Shown in pieces: positions 1 to 11,055 of a stretch of DNA of 56,179 nt. A model generated the notes under the pieces. The model searched no databases. It was given only the letters and a program-made list of their open reading frames with translations, and was not told the DNA's origin. Numbering within the stretch: position 1 is the stretch's first letter; the number at the start of each line of letters is the position of its first letter. The translations under genes and the position numbers were made by a program. The stretch is from Parasitella parasitica NRRL 2501 (taxonomy: Eukaryota; Fungi; Mucoromycota), in contig MU619295.1 in NCBI GenBank assembly GCA_025201805.1, positions 114,351 through 170,529 of the forward strand. Direction: 5' to 3'.

Positions 1-709
1 ACAAAAAATCATTAGATTACCTTTCAAAAAATAGTGATTTAATTTTTACATTACTCTAAATAAAAAAAGTCTTTTACACAATATATTAGTTTTTTTTGTG
101 ATGTATAAAGTTATAGTTATATAGCAAAATATTTGAGGCATCATATATCATCTGCTATATAAACTAATAAATTTATTACAGGTTTCCCAACCTTCAAATA
201 AGTCGACTTATTGAAGTTTCCTCTTGAATAAGTTCAATTAATTGCCTGCGGGATATGAAATCAGAGGTTTCCTTTTGGTCTCCTCAGGTTTCCCGACCCA
301 CATATAAATATATTTATGTAGCTTCATCAGTTTCAAGTTGTGTTGGGGAAAATGAGATAAAAAGTCCAAACCTTCTGTCTGGCATACCCACGGTATGCAA
401 CATACATAATGAATATGAACGAAGGCTTTTGCATTTGTAGCAACTGTAGTCTTCAATTAAAGTATATAATTTAGCCAGTAACGGCAGCATTGCAGTTGCC
501 TTTTGAAAAATAGATAAAGATGCACGTGAATAGACGTTGCTATTTGGAAAAATAGCTCAGGACATTGCATATTTTAAAATATGTATCTAGATGGATCTAC
601 AAGCGCTACACATGATCTACACAGCAGCAACCTTATTCCAGATGCATGATGCTGTATATGTGTATATATAAATAATTTTATTTACAACATGATTTTATTT
701 ATATAATCA

Positions 710-3064
710 TTAGATAGGGCAAGATGAGTAATAGCGGCGTTTTTTAGACAGAGATTGATGGCTACTGCCACTGGCACTGCTAGAATCACTATTGTAGTCT
801 GCGTGACCTTGCTGTTTCTTGATAGAAGAGGCTGATTTTCTTCTTGCCACGCCGCTGCCATTGTGCTGCTGCTGCTGCTGCTGGAGACTATGTGATGCTG
901 GTGGTGAGGACAATAGCAACATACTGGTTAATGCATTGCTGTTGAGAATAATATTGCTGGCAGTTTCGTTATGAAGCTGTAATTGTTGCTGTAAGAGAGT
1001 TATATGAGAAGATGTTGACTCCATACTGCAGAAATAGTCTCGTTGTTGCAAAGATTCATTATTCTGTGATGAAGCAGAGCCTTCCTTTTCGTCCTTTGTA
1101 GGTGTTATTGAGCAAGATTCAGGAGGCTGCTGAATCTCTTCTGGCGTAAAGACGTCGTAGATCGAAGCAGAATTAAATGCCATGGCAGGAGTTTCTTGTT
1201 GCTGTTTGGTACTTGCAGTGGCAGACATAGATAGGCTTTGTTGACCATATATAAAGGTATTTATTGTGTTGTGTGCTGAAGGAGGATCCATTATCAAGTC
1301 GGGCGTAAGCAGATTGTTGTTAGCATAGAAAGATTTTTCGAATGTCGTCATGGCATGGTTGTGGTCGTGATAGTCAACTGGTGTTGCGTGCATAGTGTTT
1401 GGGGTGTATAATAACGTATCTGCACTTAAAGGGGGTAAATCTTCATCAAATGGAGTTGTCCCCAGGTCTTCAAAGTTGGCCTCAAGCAGCTGTGGTTGAG
1501 AAGATTGGGAGGCGTTTTCAAGAGACAGCTCATTAGTATCAATATTGGGTAACGTTGATAATGCTTGCTGTTGTTGAGTCAAATAGCTGTAAAAGTCATA
1601 GTTTTCTTCTGTCTTGGAAGCAAATGCAGCAGTGCTAAAGTCATTTGGTATAGGGGTACTACTCAATGGAGGAGAAAGCGCAGTAGCGTTAATAGCATCA
1701 GTGCTACTAGCACTAACAGAAGCAGCAGTAGTAGTAGTGGTAGTGGCAGCAGTAACAGAGCTTGCAACCTCATGGCAAGACATATCCTCGTTTTCTTCTA
1801 TTTTAACGGCTGCCAAAGGAGATGATGGCTTACAGGCAATTGTACTGCGATTAAACAATGGATTGGGCGCTGTCATTACGCGGGTATGGTACCTGGCAGC
1901 CTTTTTTAGCTGCATTGAGAACGTGGAGTCGTCTGCAGCATGCTCAAATGTATCCAATGTTGACGACGTAGGGATTTCACCAAAGATAGAATATGGCAAA
2001 GAGACATTATACATTAATGGCAGAGATTGCTCGCTTGCTTTTCCTATTGAAAATGTGATGAATAAAAGAGAAATGCATAATTCTGCCAAGGTGTTCTCAC
2101 CATAGACTTTTTCCAGCTGTTTTGAAATCTGCTTCGCATCGTCTTTGTTTTTCCTTTCAGCACCTTTATCTCTAAACAGCTTGACTTTACAAAAGCAGAC
2201 TTCGGCAAATTCAGGTACACCGGTAACAAGGTCTGCGTCGATATGAGTTTCCATTTGAGTCCTCAATGGGATCCCCTTGACACCTTTGATCCTTGAGAAA
2301 TCAGTAGACAGGCATTTGAAGCGGACGAGTATCTTTGCACCATACTTGCCATTCCAGTCAAAGGAAATCTTGTCAAAGCTTGGAAACTTCAAATTGGAGA
2401 TTCCAACAGATTGACTTGCGTCTATGTTGTCTGATTGTCAATACATATACACATGTAAAAGCAAACAACTATACATACCTATATCAATAGCACGAGCTTC
2501 GGATTGCTTTTGTTGGCCAACCCAAAATTTCCAGTAGCTCTCGGCAATGCGACGATGAGAAGAAGAATGAAATGCAATGGATAATGTGCTTGTCGTGACC
2601 TGATCGCAGCCTTGTTTATCATTCAATTGAATGCCATAGACCTGACCACGATTCAAATATGTAATTGCAGATTCTTCAGCTTTCTGTGTCACGGCGGTTG
2701 CAGCTAGTATTTGAATAAGTCAATATGTATACATGGCTGTTTTTATACAATATACATACCTTCAAGCACAATTTCAAAGCGAAGCCTCCTACAGTATGAA
2801 AAAGAGATGCGTTAGACACTGTAATTTATGTTGAAGTTGTGCTCTAATTTTAGATGACAAAATAGTCCCTTTACTTGTAAATGATTACCCCACTACCTCT
2901 ACCCCTCTTCCGTTCCCCTTTTATGAAATCAAATTATCAGCATCAGAAAGATATTGTCCCTCTGATTCTCCTGCCCAGGCAAGCATTTCCTCCCCTCTTT
3001 CTGGTCGACTCTCACTCTCTCCTCTCTCTCTCTGGTTTATTTTCTTCTCCTACCCTCACACCCG

Positions 3065-3102
<38 letters not shown>

Positions 3103-3588
3103 AGTCCCCCCTTCGATTTAAGCTATTATATATTATATCCCTCGGATCTCGCCCCGTCTAAATCTAATATGATTGCCACCACTACTGATAGTTTAATATT
3201 ACCTTGGTCGTGATGATTGCTTGTCAAATTCAGCACTGCCATTCAATGCAAATGGTGAGATGGTGTTGTAATTGGATGAAGCCAAAGTGGGAGGAAGCAT
3301 GGAAGGAACTTGAGTTTGCTGGTGAGAGAAAATGGAACAAGAGGAAGTGGAGGAAGAAGAAGAGGAAGAAGAAGCAGTTGAGGATGGTGAATATGTAGAA
3401 TTTCGGATACGTCTGTCATTTGCACTAAAGTGACGGAGATGATGTTTATTTCGCTTCTCTTCAAAATTGTAACTAATTGGACTTCGGATAGTTGCATTTG
3501 GATCCATTTGTTGTTGATGATTCCATCCTTGACTATCAAAATAATTTAATTTAAATAGTTCACTTGAAGAGGCTATTTCATTAAGCAT
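710..3588 (-). CDS. CP2/Grainyhead (LSF/GRH) family transcription factor, multi-exon
   Basis: The spliced reading gives LRFEIVLEAATAVTQKAEESAITYLNRGQVYGI...RFKCLSTDFSRIKGVKGIPLR...FCKVKLFRDKGAERKNKDD, which are CP2 DNA-binding domain motifs. Introns lie at about 3202-2789, 2759-2704, 2478-2424 and 2100-2044 (in-frame). The C-terminus is long and rich in S, T and Q. Confidence 0.9.
3066..3099. repeat. poly(T) tract of about 33 nt inside a pyrimidine-rich intron segment
   Basis: Homopolymer read directly from the sequence. Confidence 0.9.
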
Positions 3589-5775
3589 TTTAATCTATAA
3601 AAAAAAATAGACATGAGTTCGCTGATTTATATTCGCATTTCATATGGATGTACCTTGATAATTGTTGATCTTTTTTATTTTTATTAATGCTATTAGTGTC
3701 TAATTTATGATTTATGTGTATGTGTATATTTATATATATCGATTTGCCACACACACACGGACGGTTGAGTTATTATGTTGTTATGTAAGGTTAATTTCAC
3801 AAAAAAAGCATGTACAAAAAGTGAATTTATGTGTTTGTATTTATAGTCTTTAATAGCCAAAAAAAAAAAAAAAAAGGGTTATTTTATGTGATACATTAAA
3901 AACAACCTTTATATATATAAATCAATTAGAAGGGGAAAAAGGCTCAAAGGGAGAGAGACATGAAAGAAGAATTAGACATTTAAAAGGGGGCTTGCTCGCC
4001 CATTCGTTTTTCACTCTGGATGTTGTTCCGTGCTGTGTGTTGTTGACAAATGAAGCTGAAAAAAAATACTCTCAGATAGATAATGTTTAAAACTTGATAC
4101 ATATTTTAATCTTCTTTACATGATAATAGACATACATTTTGTAAGCAATGTCTTTTTTAGTCATAACAGAAAGAAAAAGGGGGGCAAGTGATTTTGAAAT
4201 GATACATGTATATTTATGTGTTTATTCTTGGGATAGTGCATGAGCTATACATATGGCTTGTTATGTACTATTTGTAGTGATCCATGTAAAAGTTTGATTA
4301 TTCTAGAAGTTGCCCATATAAACAAAAATTCATCAATGATGGGCCCCCTTTCATGTTTTAAATTGATTGCAGCTTTCCGGTGTGTGTGTGTGCTGGTAAT
4401 GTTGGAAAGCGTAGGCTGTGCTGCTTAGTGTATTCCATGCTAACATGTCTCGAAATCTGTTTGCACGATAGAAAAATGTCAGATCTCATAAAGCGACATC
4501 ATCTAAGCTTCTCTTTATTTTTCTGAATAGGGGTAAGTTTGAGTCGTATGTTTTTTCTAGGCAATATTTATAGGGGGAAGTTTACACCTAAAAAAAGTAA
4601 ACTCTTTGACAAAAGCTTTTAGCTATATACGGACCCAAAGGTAAGGTAGAAGGGTCAATCCACATTGCTTTATCCGAGACAAATCAACAAACTAAAAATA
4701 TATAGATTGTTGTTGTTTTACGTTATTTGCGGCTGAAATTAAAGGAGTAATCATTTGTATTATTTGCTTTCTGATGATTACATGAGGGTAGACGTTTTAC
4801 AGAGACAGTGGTGAGATAGAATTGATCGCTCCTTTTGCCTTTCTTTTTTCCAAACATCTATTTTGATTGATACATCCTATCTAAGCATTGCTTTACTATA
4901 CATGTGGATGTTTCATTAAGGAGTTTATGTAATAGTTTATGCGCAAGAACCCACTTTTTGTTCACGTAATATCTTTTTGATCAACTTTTGCTCCATAACC
5001 AGGCTTTATTTATTTGTTTTGTTTTGTTTTGTTTTTGCTTCACATGTGCCCTAGTATTAGAATTGTGATACTCGAAAATATCAGTGTTGATCTGTCATTT
5101 AGTAACAAAGCGTATCTATTCTCCCCTTTTTCTTATTTTTTGCAGATTGTGCATATATCTCCCTATTTCCCTCTTAGCATGTTGTAAACTGTATCATTTT
5201 TTAATTGATCAAACAAGGGAAAAAGGAGTATCTCAATAAGAGAATTAGACAGTGATGATCCTTTTAATCAAGCATAATGCTTGGCTACTTCTATATATTT
5301 TATCTTGCGTGGATAATATATCTTGATGCAACAATAATGCAATGCAAGGGGACACTCTATATATAAAACATTTTCTCTTTACTCCATTCCATGCCTGTGT
5401 ATGTTCATTCCTTGGGTGCAAAATGTACATGCGTTTTAGACGAAAAGGAAAGAAGAGTGTGTAAAACGGGAGAGCACTACGTCTTTTCGTGCACCGAGTT
5501 GTTGGAATTATACACATCACATTGTCATCTTAACCATGTACTGATCGACATTCTCCATATTATTATTCCATGTAAAAGGTTCCCTATTGTACCTACTTCT
5601 TTAATTGGAATATTCCACGATCATTATTAAAAAAAAAAAAAAACTCTCAATTTACTGAAAAACATATTGAAAACTTTGCTTTACAAATGTAAATTCAAAG
5701 GTAAACTGTGTTTATTAAAAGGATTTCTAATTTTACTGAATGCTCTATTGAAACGTTATTCCACTTATATCTTGT

Positions 5776-8196
5776 CTACCATTCAGTTCCATCAAATCCA
5801 ACAAAACCCTAAAAAAAATAAGTTAAAATTCATGCAATGACACAACTTGCTCCTATAAACCAAAAATCAAAAAAGAGCCCCTTCAAACAGCACTTACCGT
5901 CATTAGAAAGATTGGAAAGAACTTTTTCTTCTCAATAGTTGAACACCCTTAAAATTTTTAAGAAAGGTTAAAAAAGGATTGCAACTGTATCTTGATTTAA
6001 CTTTTACAGTTCCATGCCGATGTAAGTCGGCCATCTATACAACTTCCAGCATCAAAATAATTGTCGCCACCAGATCCATCAAAACCATGCGTAAAGAAAT
6101 CATCTATATATGTCAAAGGTTAAGTTTTTCTCTGTGTAAAAAAAATCCCCCTTTAATCGAAAATTCCCTACATAAAATGTCTTTTCTACACTGTTCGATT
6201 CCTCCAAATTCATTTGTTACATAATTTGCAACTTCAGGGTCACTCTGGAGTGTTTCAAGTTTGTCCAAAGTGCTTACAATAGGTGTCAAGATACGTGAAA
6301 CTTGATTATACTGTTTTAAGGATAGTTAATCGCATACGAATGTCTCCTACACTGCATGTACAAACATACTTTATCGATAAACATAAATGAGTTTGGTACG
6401 TTTTTGTCGCCTAAATGGACTACACTACTACCAACCCATGAACCGCACTTTTTGTGAGTATGACTCAAGATTTTGTGAATCACTCGCGATACATTTGGGC
6501 AAGGTTGGATACGCTGCAGGCCCTGACCTGTGTTGGTCAATCTATAAGTACTCGGTGAAATAAGGTCCTCATCCGCCATGCTCCAAAGTAGGAACATTTC
6601 ATTCATAATCTCACGCCACAGCGTAACGGATTGATGAACGTATGTGTATTGTGTAGAGTGTGAGTGCGTCAGACGATGCCCATGTCTACCAGCTGAGATA
6701 GCCAAAGAATATCCATTGTCGTGCTTGGTAGGTGTGAAATATTTAGAGAGATATTTAAGCATTTTATCACAAGGATCTCTGTTTAAATGGCAAATTAGCC
6801 AAGCAAATGAAGACAAAAAAAACGCCTTGCGAGGCCTTACCTGTTTGCCTTTAAAAATGCATTATTATCAGACATTGATAGTAAGCAGCGTTCAATATCT
6901 TCCTTACTAATTCTCTCATTGGCGTGCTTTTCACAGATAGCTTGAATGGCATATTGTTTACGCTGTATTTCAGCATCAATTTGTAGACGAGTCTTCATTT
7001 CGGAAGAAATCTCTCTCGTAGCCAAGACAATGTTATCGTCATGCAAAACATCTACACTTTCACGGCTTTTCAGGAAATCATACACTGTCTTGATTGGAGT
7101 GACACAGGAAAATCCCAAATAATTCTCAACATCTGGAATGACTGAATCCATCAACATGTACATCAATTTACCATAGGTAGATCTCAGCTTTTCAGGGTTC
7201 ATAATCTTATGGCTAACAGAATACAAGTGAGTATTCACAGTAGCAATCCAGGTAATAAGCTTACCGTCTACCAACTTCAAAAATACGCTGAAATATCTCT
7301 GCATTTTCCCGGATATTGTTCTTTGCAAACAACTGTGCCCCAGTTTTGTAATCTCCAGAAACCAACAAACCTGAGATGATGGCGCACAAGTCTCTGATCT
7401 GTCCTACGATCCGCTTTGATTTATTGGAATACGAGATGACATCAATCTTGTCTGTATATTCTGATACATTCAATGCAGCGTCAAGTCTAACGTGTTATAA
7501 ATCTGTCAGTCGCATGATTAACATCGCCCTTTTTTCGGTTTTGATCCTACAATCTCAAGTATTGTCTTTCCTCCGCATTCAGTCGCAGCGGAACTGTCTT
7601 TGATCTGTAGAAAAAATTAGCCCAACTGCGGACATGTGCATCCACTATTAAAATATACCTCTTTGTCATGTAATCTCCAAAGGTGGGGCCACTGCTATTA
7701 ATGATTGTGCCGTCCATTTCCATCAATGCCTGCTTCATAATCGCATCCTCTTTTCCTTTTCCATTCTGTATAAAATTGAATCGGTCAACTTGGAACGATT
7801 GTAAAACAAGTTTGCACAAACCTTCTCGGCGCCCTTTGACGCTGTGGGATCTGCATTTTCTACTTTGTCTTGCTTTCCATTTGCATAAGTTGGATTTAGT
7901 TTTTTTGCAGTATGGAGTTTACGTGTGCCCGTACGATGAAGCATGCCTATCCATATATACATGTCAGATGATCAAATGCATCGATTTGTTGCTGTTTTTT
8001 TGTTTTTGTTTTTTTTTTGCTCACCGTGACAAACTTCACAGAAATCTTCGTCGCACTGTTCACAAAAAACAGATGCCTATAAAAATGCGATGTCAGTTGA
8101 AATCGCAAATTGTTACATATACTATTTTACTTCCTGATCGTTGCACTCTACACAAAAAATGGCCTTGTTGCTATCTGAAGCTACCAAGTTATCCAT
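5776..8196 (-). CDS. UPF0652/DUF2009 family protein with an N-terminal B-box-like zinc finger, multi-exon
   Basis: The N-terminus reads MDNLVASDSNKAIFCVECNDQE..VFCEQCDEDFCEVCH..LHRTGTRKLH. Conserved DUF2009-type segments are KIMNPEKLRSTYGKLMYMLMDS, WVGSSVVHLGDKNVPN and HGFDGSGGDNYFDAGSCIDGRLTSAWN. The protein ends GFVGFDGTEW* (stop 5776-5778). Confidence 0.82.
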
Positions 8197-8749
8197 TGTT
8201 CTGTTAGCTTGCGAGGATGTAAAAGGGAAGAAAAGGATTTTAAAATGGTCATCGTTGTGACTCTTTGGTCAAAGGAAAGGATTCCTAATGAGCCTTACGT
8301 TTTAGTGAGACGTTGCTCCCTGTCAATAATCAAATGTTGCACTAATCTCATTGAGAACTGCTCCTTACATGGTACTAAATCTCGTTGATAAACAAAATAT
8401 TGTTGTTAATATTATTAATACTTTTGATTTATATTATAATGGTGTTACATACTTCCAAAATTATCAAAATTGCAGTATACAGTATATTCAAATGCTATTA
8501 TACAGACTTTCATAACAACTTCTTATTGTTAAATTATCACTTCTTGCTATATTGTTGAAGAAGAGTAAGATTGAAAACAAAAGTAACATTTTTTAGAAAA
8601 AAAAAAATTATAATTTGCATAAGCTGCTATCTTGAAGCATTAAAGTTATTTAAAACTTTAAAACCATTGAAAACAATTTTTTTTTGGTACATTGACATTA
8701 ACAAAAAGAGAAACAAGAAAAAGGGTCGATTGGTACTGTGAGGAACTTA

Positions 8750-10682
8750 TTATTTCAAGTTCTTGATTCCGGAAATATATTTGCCTTTCACTTTGAGAAC
8801 ACAGCCTTTCTCAAGTGAGCTAACTATACTAGTGGTCGAAGTAGGATTGATAACTCTTCTGGCAATTGAAAGTTTCACTTCTTTATGCTCCCTTTCCAGT
8901 TTTTCAATCATGGCTAAACTTTCCTCTAAACAACTCTGTTGAAAAAAAAATAGAGTTATTATGATCTTCTAAATGACGCCCAATGTTCTTACTTACTTTA
9001 TAGATCCACAAAAGGTTTGCAACATCTCTAATATAAACCTCACTATCTTCATAATTTGTGGGTACGGTCGCTGTCTCAATCAACTCCATAACGCAAACTC
9101 CTTGCGAAACTTGTCCTATCGACCAGAGCCAAATCTTCTCCTCTATAAATACAAACACATTAGTAATGTTGCATTTTAAGAACCTGTTTCCTTTACCGAA
9201 AGCTTGTACAAAGTATACGCGAATCTTCTGAAAAGTGTCAAGTGATCCAAGCTCGAAAAGGTGCCCAATTTCTCGAAGTAGTGCCAGAGTACCAAAGCTT
9301 CCTTTTATGTGATCCTTCGTGCGTCTTGATACATCTGAATATCCAAATGCACCAGTAACCTCCAATAATGACAGCTCTATAGTCTTTCCCCCTATAACTC
9401 CTATATGACAGCCATCTGCGTTATAACTACAAGACTTCAACTGCTCATCACCACGACGATCGATTTCATGTTTGATAGATTCGAGCTTGTATTCACCAAT
9501 TTGAAAGCAAACAATACTGTTATCAATGAATCTAGAAACAATTTTGAAGAGCTGCCAAACAAAGTATTCTGAATAATTTGCTTCACTTTTCTTCAGCCAC
9601 AGTTGAATTTGGGCATTGATGGGTATTTCTAGAAGCAGTTTGAGAATCTTCGACAGGAAGAGTGCATTCTTGTCTTGGTGGTACTTTAACTTGAATCGTT
9701 TTAAACTGGTGATGAATGCCATTTCATTTTCTGAATTAAATATGTGAGCAAAATCATCTTCATAGTTTTGAAAAATATTGGTATATTTTGGTTCTTTGAG
9801 GGCTATATGATCGTATAACTCTTCAACGAGACAGGAACGCATCTTCACTTTATATCCACATTGGATGATTCCTATTTTCTCAAGACTATTGGTTGTATAA
9901 GAGTTATTGATATATTGTTATTTATAGGTAAAGTAATATTACCTAAATTCATGCATATGTTCATCGGCTTTGCATTCTTCAAAAAATCGATGCCAAAGGT
10001 CCCAAATGTCCTCTTCAGAATCGACTTGATAAAAAATATCAGCATCCTCCTTAATATGCTTGACGCTCTAAATATGACCATGTTAATTTATCTGTTAAAA
10101 GAAAGCGTGGATATTTTCTATTTATTACCTGTCTCTGTGTTATTTTCTGCTCTTGTTGTTGTTCTTCGCTACCCTGTAATAGAAACGACGATTATTATAA
10201 TTGTTACTATGCAGTAAAATTTATGACAAAGTACATACTCTTTTCTATTTTTTAAAAAAGAGAATACGGTTTGTCAGACTTGATTGGCACTGACGCTTTC
10301 AGATATGCAAACATACTCTTTTATTCTCTGTATTTAGTACCGATGAAGGACTACCGATAATGCTTGCCACAACATCGCCTTTGATACTGATATTCATTGG
10401 TCTGGGGGTTTCAAGTTTAAACTTTAATTTCTAAAATAAAAATGTCATTATGCCTCATAAAAAAAGTCTATGAAAGGTGGTCTTTACCTTAGCGTCATTG
10501 ATGAGTTTGCCAATTAATCTTTTATAGCCTTTATAGTCATCTGATTTCCCCATTTGAAGCATTTCTGAAACATAAATTTGCTTTGCTTCATTAAAGTCCT
10601 CATTTGTTTGGGCACCAAACTTAGCAAGATAGCTTGCAAACGACCAGTTTTCGCAATTTCTTTTTTCAAAGAAATCGTCCAT
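8750..10682 (-). CDS. PD-(D/E)xK/REase-like domain protein of an expanded Mucorales family, multi-exon, possible 1-nt frameshift near the C-terminus
   Basis: Exons 10682-10488, 10430-10317, 10244-10239, 10173-10129, 10067-9943 and onward splice in frame into the 8904-9848 ORF. The motif SEANYSE...YNADG...IELSLLEVTG...KDHIK resembles a PD-(D/E)xK core. The spliced frame stops at 8829. An alternative frame continues to 8750. Confidence 0.6.
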
Positions 10683-10813
10683 TTTATTGTCGAAGGGAAA
10701 ACATCATTGAATTGGAAGAGCCCACATGAAGCGAAACAATATTTCAAACTTACAAGTCACTCTTTTGCTCCGATTTTTGAATACAGATAATTAGCAAGAA
10801 TGTTTACTAAAGT

Positions 10814-11055
10814 TGTAATATCCGAGATTGTGTAACTAATGCTTTTTGTGAATAATAAGATAATCCTTTATTTGATAAAATTGTTATGAGTATTTATACT
10901 TTAGAGATTCGGTGATATATATATATTAAGGCATTCGGTTATGGATAATGGGTATGGCTAGCAATGGACTTGATATTGGAAATGGTAAAGATGATTCAGC
11001 ACGGCCTTTGTTCTGTATTAAGAAATCGTCTTGGTACACTTATACGATTACTACA
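10814..11055 (-). repeat. 3' LTR, 242 bp, TG...CA ends
   Basis: On the minus strand it begins TGTAGTAATCG directly after the PPT and ends GGATATTACA. It matches the copy at 15744. Confidence 0.88.

Noticed and set aside
1565-2105. Antisense ORFs overlapping real genes (here and in pol, G6PD, Sec7 and others)
   Set aside because: Shadow ORFs from codon bias and low complexity, with no independent motifs.
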